A stretch of DNA of 61,642 bases from Actinomycetota bacterium (GCA_046049195.1 JBJOEQ010000035.1:1-61642), one strand, 5' to 3'. Shown: positions 16,451-26,490, numbered from the stretch's first letter. Made by a program: numbers and translations. Notes: generated by a model not told the origin, from the sequence alone.

Positions 16451-17959
16451 TTAAATCAACACCTCACCGGATTGCACGAATCGAACTGCGGCTTCGAGCT
16501 CGGGCGATAAAAAGCGGTCGGGCCCAGGGCCCGCAACTGTTTTACGCAAACGGTCGCGCACAGCGCCCGTAACTTTTGATGGCTTGAGCGGCGCACGTAA
16601 ATCAAGCGCACGTGCAGCAGAGAGCAACTCGATTGCTCCTATCCGCTGCATGTTGAGCACCGACAATCGCAGTTTGCGCGCTGCGTTCCAACCCATTGAC
16701 ACGTGATCTTCTTGCATCGCCGAACTTGGAATCGAGTCTGCGCTTGCTGGAACGGCATTGCGCTTATTCTCCGACACCAATGCTGCCTGTGTGTATTGCG
16801 CGATCATGAGACCAGAGTCAACACCCGGGTCGTCTGCCAAAAATGGAGGCAGACCGTTTGATCGTGCCTTGTCAAGCATGCGGTCTGTGCGGCGCTCCGA
16901 CATCGAGCCCAAGTCGGCTAGCACAATTGCCAAAAAGTCGAGCACATAAGCAACTGGCGCTCCATGAAAGTTGCCGTTTGAGCTCACTCTGCCGTCGGGC
17001 AGCACCACAGGGTTATCAATCGTTGCCGCAAGTTCGCGCGTGGCAACAAGCGTTGCATGAGTAATCGTGTCTCGCACTGCGCCAGTTACTTGCGGCGCAC
17101 AGCGCAATGAATATGCATCTTGTACCTGGTCGTCGTTTAGGACGTGTGAGGCAACAATTGGAGATTCCTTTAATGCATTCATCATGTTTGCAGCACTGAG
17201 CGCTTGCCCCGGGTGTGGGCGCAGAGGCTCGTGCAACTCAGGCATGAAAACCGCGTCAGTACCGAGCAACGCCTCGACGCTCATTGCGGCAATCACATCA
17301 ATCGAATCGCAGATCACTTCCATGTCGGCAATAGCCAGGATCAACATGCCGAGCATGCCGTCGGTGCCGTTGATGAGAGCAAGACCTTCTTTTTCTTGTA
17401 ACTCAACTGCCGTAATTCCAGCAGCCTTGAGCAACTCTGGCACTGGTCGTTGCACGTCGTCTGCACCAACAGCCTCACCCTCGCCCATTAATACGAGTGC
17501 GCAATGTGCAAGTGGCGCTAAATCACCACTGCAACCAAGCGAACCAAACTCGCGCACAACTGGAGTGATGCCGGCATTCAACAATGCAGCCATTGTTTGG
17601 GCAATCACTGGCCGCACACCGGTGCGACCAGATGCAAGCGTCTTGAGTCGCAGCGTGATGAGAGCACGCACCACCTCGCGCTCAACTGGTGCGCCAACGC
17701 CAGCGGCGTGCGAACGTATTAATGACCGTTGCAATTGCGCACGCTGCTCGACCGATACATATTTATTTGCAAGCGCACCGAAACCCGTGGATACCCCATA
17801 CACCGGGCTCGACGACGCAACAAGTGCATCAATATGACTACGCGAAGCGGCCATTGCTGCAACCGCACTATCGCTCAAGCGAACAGTTGCGCCATCGCGG
17901 GCAACGGCAAGTACATCTGCCATTGTCATGCCCCGCTCATTGATAACAACTTCAGCCAC
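16451..17959 (-). CDS. hutH: Histidine ammonia-lyase (MIO enzyme)
   Basis: YGVSTGFG, LIRSHAAG (the Ser-His pair typical of HAL rather than PAL/TAL), MIO tripeptide region GSLGCSGDLAPLAH, and NPVV...GNFHG. GTG start with a GGGGG RBS. Confidence 0.88.
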   Translation of the reverse strand: MAEVVINERGMTMADVLAVARDGATVRLSDSAVAAMAASRSHIDALVASSSPVYGVSTGFGALANKYVSVEQRAQLQRSLIRSHAAGVGAPVEREVVRALITLRLKTLASGRTGVRPVIAQTMAALLNAGITPVVREFGSLGCSGDLAPLAHCALVLMGEGEAVGADDVQRPVPELLKAAGITAVELQEKEGLALINGTDGMLGMLILAIADMEVICDSIDVIAAMSVEALLGTDAVFMPELHEPLRPHPGQALSAANMMNALKESPIVASHVLNDDQVQDAYSLRCAPQVTGAVRDTITHATLVATRELAATIDNPVVLPDGRVSSNGNFHGAPVAYVLDFLAIVLADLGSMSERRTDRMLDKARSNGLPPFLADDPGVDSGLMIAQYTQAALVSENKRNAVPASADSIPSSAMQEDHVSMGWNAARKLRLSVLNMQRIGAIELLSAARALDLRAPLKPSKVTGAVRDRLRKTVAGPGPDRFLSPELEAAVRFVQSGEVLI

Positions 17960-18002
17960 TTGAGCCCCCTTGGACGGATAGAAATCTACCGTAGAACAAG
18001 CA

Positions 18003-18185
18003 ATGGTGCAGTCGGATCACGTGGCTACGATTGAACCCATGATCGCAGTCGTATGGCACTTTTGGTTGGGCTTGGTTCTTTTAATCGCTGGCGTAGGGGC
18101 CGTCGTCAACGTGATCGTCGGCTATGTCACCAAGGTTTCAGCACTCAAATACCCAAACCGTCGCCAACGCAACGCTCAAAAGTAG
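18003..18185 (+). CDS. Small hypothetical membrane protein
   Basis: 60 aa with one clear TM (IAVVWHFWLGLVLLIAGVGAVVNVIVGYV) and a basic tail. Fills the only gap between hutH and tilS. No family recognised. Confidence 0.35.
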   Translation: MVQSDHVATIEPMIAVVWHFWLGLVLLIAGVGAVVNVIVGYVTKVSALKYPNRRQRNAQK

Positions 18186-18198
18186 AGCGGCCGGGCTA

Positions 18199-19092
18199 AT
18201 GCCTGCAGCCCTGAAGGATTTTCACACTCATCCGCTCGTCGCAGAATTGCTGACCAAGTGCACATTTGCGCCTAGCACCTTAAGCATTCATTGTGCAGTT
18301 TCTGGTGGCGCTGATTCGGTAGCACTGCTTGTGTTGGCGGCGGCACACAGCACCGACGTAACCGCATGGCATGTGGATCATGGTTTGCGAGATGGGTCTG
18401 CTAACGAAGCACAGATCGTGCATGACATCGCAATCACACTTGGTGCAAAGTTCGAATCGCGCACCGTTGTAGTTGAAGCAGGTAGCAACTTGGAAGCGCG
18501 TGCGCGTGAAGCACGCTTTGCAGTGTTACCCACAGATGTAACGACAGGTCATACTGCCGACGACCAAGCAGAAACTGTGCTTGTCAACTTGTTGCGCGGT
18601 GCAGGCATGCGCGGATTGTCTGGCATGCAAGGCGGCCCAATGCATCCAATCTTGCAATTGCGCCGCAGCGAAACCGTTGCGTTATGCGAGGCACTTGGTG
18701 TCTCAGTGTTTCACGACCCAAGCAATGACGACGAGAGGTTTCAACGCAACCGCATTAGGCACGAGGTGCTGCCCCTCTTGCAGTCGATCTCACAACGAGA
18801 CGTGGTGTCGGTGATTGCACGACAAGCCGAACTTATGCGCGACGATGACGCATTGTTGGATGAACTCGCGAGTGCGATCGACCCAACCGACGCCAAAGCA
18901 ATTTCAGCAGCACCCCAGGCACTTGCCCGCCGAGCATTGCGCATGTGGCTTGCTCATCCGTACCCACCAGACTTGGCAACCGTCGAACGTGTGCTCTGCG
19001 TGGCACGAGGAGAAACGCCTGGGTGCGATATTGGTGGTGGCCGTCAGGTCAAACGCAGCCAACAACGCCTCAAAATTATTGCTCTTTTCTAA
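18199..19092 (+). CDS. tilS: tRNA(Ile)-lysidine synthetase
   Basis: PP-loop CAVSGGADSVALL, then WHVDHGLR and TGHTADDQAETVL. The Met at 18199 avoids overlap with the upstream small ORF. Confidence 0.88.
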   Translation: MPAALKDFHTHPLVAELLTKCTFAPSTLSIHCAVSGGADSVALLVLAAAHSTDVTAWHVDHGLRDGSANEAQIVHDIAITLGAKFESRTVVVEAGSNLEARAREARFAVLPTDVTTGHTADDQAETVLVNLLRGAGMRGLSGMQGGPMHPILQLRRSETVALCEALGVSVFHDPSNDDERFQRNRIRHEVLPLLQSISQRDVVSVIARQAELMRDDDALLDELASAIDPTDAKAISAAPQALARRALRMWLAHPYPPDLATVERVLCVARGETPGCDIGGGRQVKRSQQRLKIIALF

Positions 19093-19134
19093 ACATCACC
19101 CATTTTCAATGGTGTATCGTCTCGCGGTGATGTT
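19092..19134. repeat. Perfect 9-bp inverted repeat (AACATCACC ... GGTGATGTT) with a 25-nt spacer, immediately after the tilS stop
   Basis: Read directly at 19092-19100 and 19126-19134. An inner hairpin CCATTttcAATGG lies at 19100-19112. No T-tract follows. Confidence 0.5.
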
Positions 19135-19171
19135 GAATATCGCGCACGTGCGCCAGAGTCGGAGTTAGCAA

Positions 19172-19681
19172 ATGCCACCAAAATTACGAGGAAAGTGGGC
19201 GCTCGGGATCACCCCGCGCAATCTCACATGGATCATTAAAGACAAGGTCGCCATTTGTGAACGGCCTGGTGGATACGGCGTCAATCACCGTCGAGTTCGC
19301 CGACAAGAAGAGATCATCTGGTTGCGTGAAAACGATTTTGGTTGTGTCATCTCAATCATCGGCGCACCTCACAACCTGCACAATTATGACGAGCTCAACC
19401 TCACTTACCGACATAGACCACTAATCAATAGTGACGAACTCGACCCATGGTTGCGCGTGTTTTACAACGATATTCGCGAGCTCATTGATGGCGGCACGAA
19501 GATTATGATCCATTGCGAAGAAGTCAGTGACAAGCTTGTTGGGCTCATGGGCGGATACATCAGATGGTCTGGTCTTGTTGACGACACGTCACAAGCCATC
19601 ATTCTCACCGAGCGCATTGGCGGCCGACAACTGGATTCCGAATCACGCGAATTGATTTTGCGGGTTCACGAACTTCGTTAA
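19172..19681 (+). CDS. Dual-specificity/Tyr-phosphatase-fold protein with a non-canonical P-loop
   Basis: The layout AICERPGG ... GCVISII ... RHRPLINSDELDP ... IMIHCEEVSDKLVG mirrors bacterial DSP-like proteins (..G.ARPG .. vvsL .. h.pi.D..P .. vlvHC.aG.gRtG). The P-loop lacks the Gly residues, and Lys replaces Arg. Confidence 0.5.
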   Translation: MPPKLRGKWALGITPRNLTWIIKDKVAICERPGGYGVNHRRVRRQEEIIWLRENDFGCVISIIGAPHNLHNYDELNLTYRHRPLINSDELDPWLRVFYNDIRELIDGGTKIMIHCEEVSDKLVGLMGGYIRWSGLVDDTSQAIILTERIGGRQLDSESRELILRVHELR

Positions 19682-19699
19682 AGACTGCGCTGCACTGTC

Positions 19700-20647
19700 A
19701 TGCGCGCTGTTGTCGTTGGAGCAGGAATTGCCGGGCTTATGGCTGCGCATTCACTTTCAAAAAGTGGTCACGATGTAGTCGTTGTCGACAAAGGTCGTTC
19801 GCCTGGCGGACGAATAGCAACCAGGCGCATCGACGATGCAACGCTCGATCACGGCGCCCAGTTTTTTACCGTACGAGATTCTCTTTTTGAATCACATGTT
19901 TCAGAGTGGATTGCATCTGGTGTAGTCACCGAGTGGTGTCGAGGTTTCGACACCTCTACTCAAAACAACGATGGCTACCCGCGGTACCGCGGTGTGCATG
20001 GCATGACCGATATAGCCAAACATCTCGCACAAGGGCTGGATGTGCGATGCAACACGCTTGCATTTTCAATTGCTCGTGGCGCAACGAGCAAGTGGCAACT
20101 CAAAATCGACGATGGTTCTGTGCTCGATGCCGATGCCATCATCGTGACGTGCCCCTTGCCGCAGGCATATGCATTGCTGGTCACTGCCGACATCGAACTG
20201 CCTGAGTCAATGCTGCGCACCGAATACGACCGCACGATTTGCTTGCTCGCAGTTCTCAATCAATCATCTGCAGTTGCCAAACCAGGTGGATTGCAGAACC
20301 CCGATGAGACATTTTCATTTATCGCCGACAATGCAATCAAGGGCATCTCGTCTGCCGTCGCACTCACCATGCACGCAAACCCGCAGTTCAGTCTTGAGCA
20401 CTGGGATACCAGCACCGACGATGTGCAACACCTGTTGCTTGAGCGTGCTATTCCGTGGATTGGTGATGCAACTGTAATTACTAGTCAGATAAAAAAATGG
20501 CGCTTAGCAACACCGCTCACTATTTGGCCCGAGCGTTACTGGACCAACGACATGATCGTGCTTGCAGGCGATGCATTTGGCGGACCAAAGATTGAGGGTG
20601 CTGCGCTATCTGGCTTATCTGCAGCAAATTATTTAGCGAATAATTGA
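19700..20647 (+). CDS. NAD(P)/FAD-dependent oxidoreductase (amine-oxidase/renalase-like)
   Basis: N-terminal dinucleotide fold VVVGAGIAGLMAAHSL...VVVVDKGRSPGGRIATRR and a C-terminal GDAFGGPKIEGAALSG. Confidence 0.75.
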   Translation: MRAVVVGAGIAGLMAAHSLSKSGHDVVVVDKGRSPGGRIATRRIDDATLDHGAQFFTVRDSLFESHVSEWIASGVVTEWCRGFDTSTQNNDGYPRYRGVHGMTDIAKHLAQGLDVRCNTLAFSIARGATSKWQLKIDDGSVLDADAIIVTCPLPQAYALLVTADIELPESMLRTEYDRTICLLAVLNQSSAVAKPGGLQNPDETFSFIADNAIKGISSAVALTMHANPQFSLEHWDTSTDDVQHLLLERAIPWIGDATVITSQIKKWRLATPLTIWPERYWTNDMIVLAGDAFGGPKIEGAALSGLSAANYLANN

Positions 20648-21616
20648 TGCGAGCAGCGCTGCTGGCGCTGCTCGCAGCGCATCAGTTGCAACACCTTGTG
20701 GCATGAGATTGCATTCTGCTTCTGCCATGAAGACATAGTTTTTTGCACTCTCGATCGCACTCTGAATACCCGAATGTGTGCGAACGATAACTAGTGCCCT
20801 CTCACGTTCGGATTGCGATAGTGGCTTGCCAAGAAAACTGCGAAGTTCATCGGTGTCGCTCGATTGTTGTGCAAGTGTCAACAAAACCGGCAACGTGTAC
20901 ACGCCTTCTTCCATGTCGTGTCCAGCACGCTTGCCAAGTTCGGCATCAGTAGCGATCACATCCAGAATGTCATCAACAATCTGAAACACCATCCCGAAAG
21001 ACGTGCCATAGTTTGTGAGCGCATCAACAACAGTTGCGTCGTGGCCAGCCACGAGTGCACCGATGCGCGCCGATGTTGCAAACAACGAAGCGGTTTTACC
21101 CTCGATACTCACAAGATATGACGGCACTGTACGTGCCACCGAATACGTGTGCTGCAATTCTTCAATCTGACCTTCACACAACTGTGCAATTGTGCGCGCC
21201 AACAACCCCGCAATTTCGTTACCTAATGATGCAGCGATGCCCGATGCGCGTGCCAATAAAAAATCCCCGGCGACGATTGCTTGCAGGTTGCCCCACTTGG
21301 CATTAACGGTGTCAACACCTCTGCGCATTGTCGACTCGTCCATCACATCGTCGTGGTACAGCGACCCAAGATGCACGAGTTCGCACGCGATTGCGCCTTG
21401 AATTACATCGTCTGGCACAATGCCACTGCCACCCACTTGTGCTGCAGCAATAGTCATCACCGGTCGCAGCCGTTTTCCGCCAGCAACGATCAAGTGCGAC
21501 GCAAGTTCGGTCAAATATGCATCCCTGGTGCGCACCGCGGCTAGCAATGCGGCCTCTACTCGTTCACGGTCGCCATCCATGGTGGGCAGGGCAAGAAGGG
21601 GCGAGGCAAGTGCCAT
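20633..21616 (-). CDS. trans-Polyprenyl diphosphate synthase (long-chain, GrcC/HepT-like)
   Basis: GGKRLRP; FARM LYHDDVMDES; SARM FQIVDDILD. Its 3' end overlaps the convergent oxidoreductase gene by 15 nt. Confidence 0.85.
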   Translation of the reverse strand: MALASPLLALPTMDGDRERVEAALLAAVRTRDAYLTELASHLIVAGGKRLRPVMTIAAAQVGGSGIVPDDVIQGAIACELVHLGSLYHDDVMDESTMRRGVDTVNAKWGNLQAIVAGDFLLARASGIAASLGNEIAGLLARTIAQLCEGQIEELQHTYSVARTVPSYLVSIEGKTASLFATSARIGALVAGHDATVVDALTNYGTSFGMVFQIVDDILDVIATDAELGKRAGHDMEEGVYTLPVLLTLAQQSSDTDELRSFLGKPLSQSERERALVIVRTHSGIQSAIESAKNYVFMAEAECNLMPQGVATDALRAAPAALLASIIR

Positions 21617-21708
21617 GCCACAAGGCTACGCAGGGTCGCTTGTGAAATGGCGAACGTGGCGCCCACTGTCACAGCATGATGAGAGCACACTTCGCAGATA
21701 CACTTCAC

Positions 21709-21724
21709 CACAAGTTCACAAGTT
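21709..21724 (+). repeat. Tandem direct octamer CACAAGTT CACAAGTT, 31-46 nt upstream of the clpC GTG
   Basis: Read directly: 21709-21716 and 21717-21724 are identical. Confidence 0.6.
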
Positions 21725-21754
21725 TCATCTAGACGTGAAAAGGCGGTCTATTCA

Positions 21755-24289
21755 GTGTTCGAACGCTTTACCGACAGGGCCCGCAGGGTCGTAGTGCTGG
21801 CTCAAGAAGAAGCCCGCTTGCTCAATCATTCGTACATCGGCACAGAGCACATCTTGCTCGGCCTCATTCATGAAGGCGAAGGCGTCGCAGCCAAAGCTCT
21901 CGAGTCACTCAACATTTCGCTTGAGGCAGTGCGTGCACAAGTTGAAGAGATCATCGGTCAAGGTGGTTCATCGCCATCCGGTCACATCCCATTTACACCT
22001 CGCGCCAAAAAGGTGCTCGAGTTGTCATTGCGCGAAGCATTGCAGTTGGGTCACAACTACATCGGCACTGAGCACATCTTGCTCGGCCTCATTCGCGAGG
22101 GCGAAGGAGTTGCAGCACAAGTGCTCGTCAAGCTGGGTGCCGACCTGAGTCGCGTTCGTCAACAAGTCATCCAATTGTTGTCCGGTTACCAGGGCCCTGC
22201 AGGCAAAGGCGAAGGCCAACCTGCTGGCACCAAGGAAGAGCCACAAGAAAAAGGTGGCAGTCAGATTCTTGATCAGTTTGGTCGCAACCTGACGCAACTC
22301 GCGCGCGACAACAAACTTGATCCTGTTATTGGTCGTCAAAAAGAAATGGAGCGCGTGATGCAGATTTTGTCGCGCCGCACCAAAAATAACCCTGTGCTCA
22401 TCGGCGAACCTGGTGTTGGCAAGACAGCAATCATTGAAGGCCTTGCTCAAAAGATCGTGCGCAACGACGTGCCCGAGACTCTCACTGGCAAACAGCTCTA
22501 CACACTCGACCTCGGTGCACTTGTTGCAGGCAGTCGCTATCGCGGAGACTTTGAAGAGCGTTTGAAGAAAGTGCTCAAAGAAATCAAAACTCGCGGCGAC
22601 ATCATCTTGTTCATCGACGAGATTCACACGCTTGTTGGTGCAGGTGCGGCAGAAGGCGCCATTGATGCAGCATCGATCCTCAAGCCGATGCTTGCACGCG
22701 GCGAATTGCAAACCATCGGTGCAACAACACTTGACGAATTTCGCAAGCACTTCGAAAAAGATGCGGCACTCGAGCGTCGCTTTCAGCCAGTCAAAGTGGA
22801 AGAGCCCGAAGTTTCTCACACCATCGAGATCTTGAAGGGCTTGCGCGACAAATACGAAGCGCACCACCGTGTCACAATCACCGATCAAGCACTTGTGGCT
22901 GCAGCCAACTTGTCAGACCGTTACATCGCCGACCGTTTTCTGCCAGACAAGGCAATCGACCTCATTGACGAAGCCGGCAGCCGTTTGCGCATCAAGCGCA
23001 TGGCCACGCCTCCCGACTTGAAGGAAATTGAAGCCAAGATCAACGACGTGCAAGAAGCAAAAAAGAAGGCCGTTGAAGAACAGCGCTTCGAAGAAGCCGG
23101 TCGTTTGCGCGATCAAGAGCGTGCATTGCTCGAAGAGCGTCTCGAAAAAGAGACCGCTGTAAAAGCAAGCGGCATCGACTTATTTGATGAAGTGGACGAA
23201 GAAGCAATTGCCGAAGTGTTGAGCATGTGGACAGGCATTCCTGTATACAAACTCACCGAAGCAGAAACGGCCAAGTTGCTCAACATGGAAGCCGAGTTAC
23301 ACAAGCGAATCATTTCGCAAAACGATGCAATCAAGGCCGTCAGTCAAAGCATTCGTCGCACACGCGCGGGCCTCAAAGACCCAAAACGTCCAAGCGGTTC
23401 GTTCATCTTCCTCGGCCCAACCGGCGTGGGCAAGACCGAGCTCGCAAAAACACTTGCCAACTTCTTGTTTGGTGATGATGATGCGCTGATTGCTCTCGAT
23501 ATGAGCGAATACATGGAGAAGCACACCGTCAGCCGCTTGGTTGGCTCGCCTCCTGGATACGTGGGCTACGAAGAAGGCGGTCAACTTACCGAGGCCGTGC
23601 GTCGCAAGCCGTTTTCGGTTGTGCTGTTTGACGAAATTGAAAAGGCTCACCCAGACGTGTTCAACACACTTCTGCAGATTCTTGAAGAAGGTCGACTCAC
23701 CGACGCACAGGGTCGCAGCACCGACTTCCGCAACACCGTGTTGATCATGACATCCAACTTGGGTACTCAAGATTTGCGCAAGGCCAACGTTGGCTTCGGC
23801 AAAAACGACGAGGCACTGTCATACCAGCGCATGCGCGACAAGGTCAACGAAGCACTCAAGGGTCACTTCCGACCAGAGTTCCTCAACCGCATTGACGAAG
23901 TCATCGTGTTCCACGAACTTGGCATGGAAGAAGTTGTGCAGATGGTCGACTTGATGAGCAAGCGCGTCATTACACAACTTGAAGGTCTTGGTCTTGGACT
24001 CGAACTCACGCAGTCGGCTAAAGAATTGTTGGCCAAGCGTGGATACGACCCACAGTTGGGTGCTCGCCCACTACGTCGTGCATTGCAACGTTTGATCGAA
24101 GACCCGATGTCGGAAAAACTCTTGAATAAAGAGTTCACCGCGGGCGAGATCATTGTTGTCGACACCGAAGAAGATCCAGAGAATGCTGGTGAGCGTCGCA
24201 TGACGTTTAAGGCAGTCGAGGGTTTTAAATCGCCAGCGGCAATTGAACTTGCTGGCGCCGGTGACGGCACTACTGCAACACCTGAGTGA
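21755..24289 (+). CDS. clpC: ATP-dependent Clp protease ATP-binding subunit ClpC
   Basis: [13 protein letters not shown]; two Clp-N repeats; Walker [10 protein letters not shown] and GPTGVGKTE; UVR-like [15 protein letters not shown]. 844 aa. Confidence 0.97.
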   Translation: MFERFTDRARRVVVLAQEEARLLNHSYIGTEHILLGLIHEGEGVAAKALESLNISLEAVRAQVEEIIGQGGSSPSGHIPFTPRAKKVLELSLREALQLGHNYIGTEHILLGLIREGEGVAAQVLVKLGADLSRVRQQVIQLLSGYQGPAGKGEGQPAGTKEEPQEKGGSQILDQFGRNLTQLARDNKLDPVIGRQKEMERVMQILSRRTKNNPVLIGEPGVGKTAIIEGLAQKIVRNDVPETLTGKQLYTLDLGALVAGSRYRGDFEERLKKVLKEIKTRGDIILFIDEIHTLVGAGAAEGAIDAASILKPMLARGELQTIGATTLDEFRKHFEKDAALERRFQPVKVEEPEVSHTIEILKGLRDKYEAHHRVTITDQALVAAANLSDRYIADRFLPDKAIDLIDEAGSRLRIKRMATPPDLKEIEAKINDVQEAKKKAVEEQRFEEAGRLRDQERALLEERLEKETAVKASGIDLFDEVDEEAIAEVLSMWTGIPVYKLTEAETAKLLNMEAELHKRIISQNDAIKAVSQSIRRTRAGLKDPKRPSGSFIFLGPTGVGKTELAKTLANFLFGDDDALIALDMSEYMEKHTVSRLVGSPPGYVGYEEGGQLTEAVRRKPFSVVLFDEIEKAHPDVFNTLLQILEEGRLTDAQGRSTDFRNTVLIMTSNLGTQDLRKANVGFGKNDEALSYQRMRDKVNEALKGHFRPEFLNRIDEVIVFHELGMEEVVQMVDLMSKRVITQLEGLGLGLELTQSAKELLAKRGYDPQLGARPLRRALQRLIEDPMSEKLLNKEFTAGEIIVVDTEEDPENAGERRMTFKAVEGFKSPAAIELAGAGDGTTATPE

Positions 24290-25098
24290 ACCCGTTGGTG
24301 TGTAAAATATCTGCTCGCTCTGTAATCGTTCGTGCGCTTGTTGCCGTTGCAACGTGTGCATTGTTGACGGGCTGCCGTGTTGATTCAGTTGTCACTCTCG
24401 ATGTTGAGCCAAATGGCAGCGGCACACTTGCCATTGTCACCACTGCCGATGCCGAAGTAGTTGCCAAGTACCCAAACCTTGCATCCGAACTGAGCTTTGA
24501 AGATGCCAAGGCCGCAGGTTGGTCGGTCTCTGATGTTGCAACAACACCCGAGGGTGCGCTGCAGGTGCGAGTCGCACACAGTTTTGTGAATCCCGAAGAA
24601 GCAACAGCCTTGCTTGGGCAATTGAGCAGCGAATTTGGGCCATTCAAAGGTGTTGCACTCACCCGCACCGGCAAAGACACCGACTCGACATGGAATCTTG
24701 TCGGTCAATTGCAAGTTAATGATGGATTAAACGCATTTGCCGACCCACAACTGCTTACCACTATTGGTGCAACACCATTTCAGGCAACACTGGCCAACTC
24801 TGGCCTCGACATCGGCCAAGCGGTTGGTGTGACATTCAATCTGAAGTTGCCTGGAGAAGTTGAAGCAACGACAGGCATCTCGAAGTTTGGAACGTTGCAA
24901 TGGACTGTTGCATTCGACGGCAGCACACAAGATTTGGCAACGACCACGCAAAATACGGCTGTCGCCGCCACGATCGCGCGCATCTTCTCGCCTCTCTTGC
25001 GCTGGATGCTGATCTTGTGGATCGGCGGCATGGCATGTTTTTCGGCATTCGTCGCTTTCTGGCGCTTCAGGCGACACAGGCGCACACCTACTCTGTAG
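24286..25098 (+). CDS. Putative lipoprotein with a C-terminal TM anchor (LppM/DUF3153-like)
   Basis: Lipobox ALLTGC; VVTLDVEPNGSGTLAI start of the mature part; C-terminal TM LILWIGGMACFSAFVAFW followed by RFRRHRR. GTGA overlap with clpC. Confidence 0.55.
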   Translation: MNPLVCKISARSVIVRALVAVATCALLTGCRVDSVVTLDVEPNGSGTLAIVTTADAEVVAKYPNLASELSFEDAKAAGWSVSDVATTPEGALQVRVAHSFVNPEEATALLGQLSSEFGPFKGVALTRTGKDTDSTWNLVGQLQVNDGLNAFADPQLLTTIGATPFQATLANSGLDIGQAVGVTFNLKLPGEVEATTGISKFGTLQWTVAFDGSTQDLATTTQNTAVAATIARIFSPLLRWMLILWIGGMACFSAFVAFWRFRRHRRTPTL

Positions 25099-25107
25099 CG
25101 TTGGCGC

Positions 25108-26490
25108 ATGGCTCGACTGCGCACGGTGTACAACTGCGGTGATTGTGGTGCGATGCATTACAAGTGGGCAGGCAAATGTGACTCGTGCGGTGCATGGAAC
25201 ACACTCGTTGAAGATGTTGAAGATCCAAACTCGCACACCACTCTTGCTGCTGGTATGGCACTCATTCCGCCGGGCGAAGCACAGCCGATTGGCAAGCTCG
25301 ATGCATCAGTTGGCCAACCATTATCTACCGGCATTTCCGAACTCGATCGTGTACTCGACGGCGGCTTAGTACCTGGCTCTGTCACATTGCTTGGTGGCGA
25401 GCCCGGCATTGGCAAGTCAACGTTGTTGTTACAACTCCTTGCATCGTGGCCCACGCGCTCGCTCTATGTAACCGCTGAAGAAAGTGCGCAACAAGTGCGC
25501 CTGCGTGCCGAACGCTTGCATGCTGTGCGCGACAATTTGTGGCTTGTCTCAGAACCATCACTCACCAACATTGTTGCTGCACTCGACAAAGTAAAACCAG
25601 AGTTGCTTGTGATTGACAGCATCCAGGCCGTTGCCGACCCAGCACTTGGTTCTGCACCAGGTTCGGTTGTGCAAGTGCGTGGGTGTGCACACCGCCTTGT
25701 GCAAGAAGCAAAGCGCCGCAATATTCCAACAATCTTGGTTGGCCATGTCACCAAAGATGGTGGGCTTGCCGGGCCGCGTGTGCTCGAACATGTTGTCGAC
25801 ACTGTGCTTTCTTTTGAAGGCGAACGACACCACGCACTGCGCATATTGCGCGCAGTCAAACATCGTTTTGGTTCCACCAACGAACTCGGATTGTTTGAGA
25901 TGACCGAACTTGGTCTTGTTGGTGTGCCCGATGCAAGCCAAATGTTTTTAGCCGATCGTCGCCCTGGCACACCGGGCTCGGTCGTTGTGCCCACACTTGA
26001 AGGGCAGCGCCCACTGCTTGTGGAAGTGCAAGCACTCACCAATGCAATGAGCGGAAACGTTCCTCCACGACGCAGCGCGCAGGGCCTCGACCCAGGCCGC
26101 CTTGCCATGTTGCTTGCAGTGCTCGAACGCCGCGCAGGTATCAGTCTTTCGCAACACGAAGTATTTGCTTCGGTCGTTGGTGGGGTGCGCTTGAGCGAAC
26201 CAGGCAGCGACTTGGGTTTATGCATTGCACTTGTCTCTGCCGTCACCAACAAACCAGCACCAAGTGACTTGGTTGTGTGCGGCGAAATTGGCCTTGGTGG
26301 CGAGATCCGCCACGTTGGTCACATGTCGCGTCGACTCACCGAAGCCGCACGCCTTGGCTTTACGCGAGCAATCGTGCCCACACACAGCCAATCTGGCGCT
26401 GCCAATAAGGCTCCTGCTGGGCTCACCGTACAAACAGCATCAACGCTGTCAGAAGCACTCGATCTCGCCCAACTCAGCCTAAAAAAATAA
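25108..26490 (+). CDS. radA: DNA repair protein RadA/Sms
   Basis: Zinc ribbon CGDCGAMHYKWAGKCDSCGAWNT; Walker A GGEPGIGKSTLLLQ; KNRFG-type motif VKHRFGST; Lon-like C-terminal domain. Confidence 0.95.
   Translation: MARLRTVYNCGDCGAMHYKWAGKCDSCGAWNTLVEDVEDPNSHTTLAAGMALIPPGEAQPIGKLDASVGQPLSTGISELDRVLDGGLVPGSVTLLGGEPGIGKSTLLLQLLASWPTRSLYVTAEESAQQVRLRAERLHAVRDNLWLVSEPSLTNIVAALDKVKPELLVIDSIQAVADPALGSAPGSVVQVRGCAHRLVQEAKRRNIPTILVGHVTKDGGLAGPRVLEHVVDTVLSFEGERHHALRILRAVKHRFGSTNELGLFEMTELGLVGVPDASQMFLADRRPGTPGSVVVPTLEGQRPLLVEVQALTNAMSGNVPPRRSAQGLDPGRLAMLLAVLERRAGISLSQHEVFASVVGGVRLSEPGSDLGLCIALVSAVTNKPAPSDLVVCGEIGLGGEIRHVGHMSRRLTEAARLGFTRAIVPTHSQSGAANKAPAGLTVQTASTLSEALDLAQLSLKK

Noticed and set aside
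21617-21754. ClgR-type operator upstream of clpC (candidate CGAACGTGGCG at about 21644-21654)
   Set aside because: It differs from the remembered CGC-N5-GCG-type ClgR consensus at several core positions, so it is not convincing by eye.
22025-22888. Long antisense ORFs inside strongly supported genes: 22025..22888 in clpC, 25464..26252 in radA, 17067..17837 in hutH, 3818..4561 in psuG, 33408..34106 in groEL, 50846..51535 in the thiolase, 35515..36117 in the polyprenyl synthase, and 12159..12611 in topA
   Set aside because: All are shadows of high-confidence genes on the opposite strand. Their translations are low-complexity (Ser/Arg/Ala/Cys-rich) with no recognisable motifs. Long open antisense frames are expected from the codon bias of the real genes.
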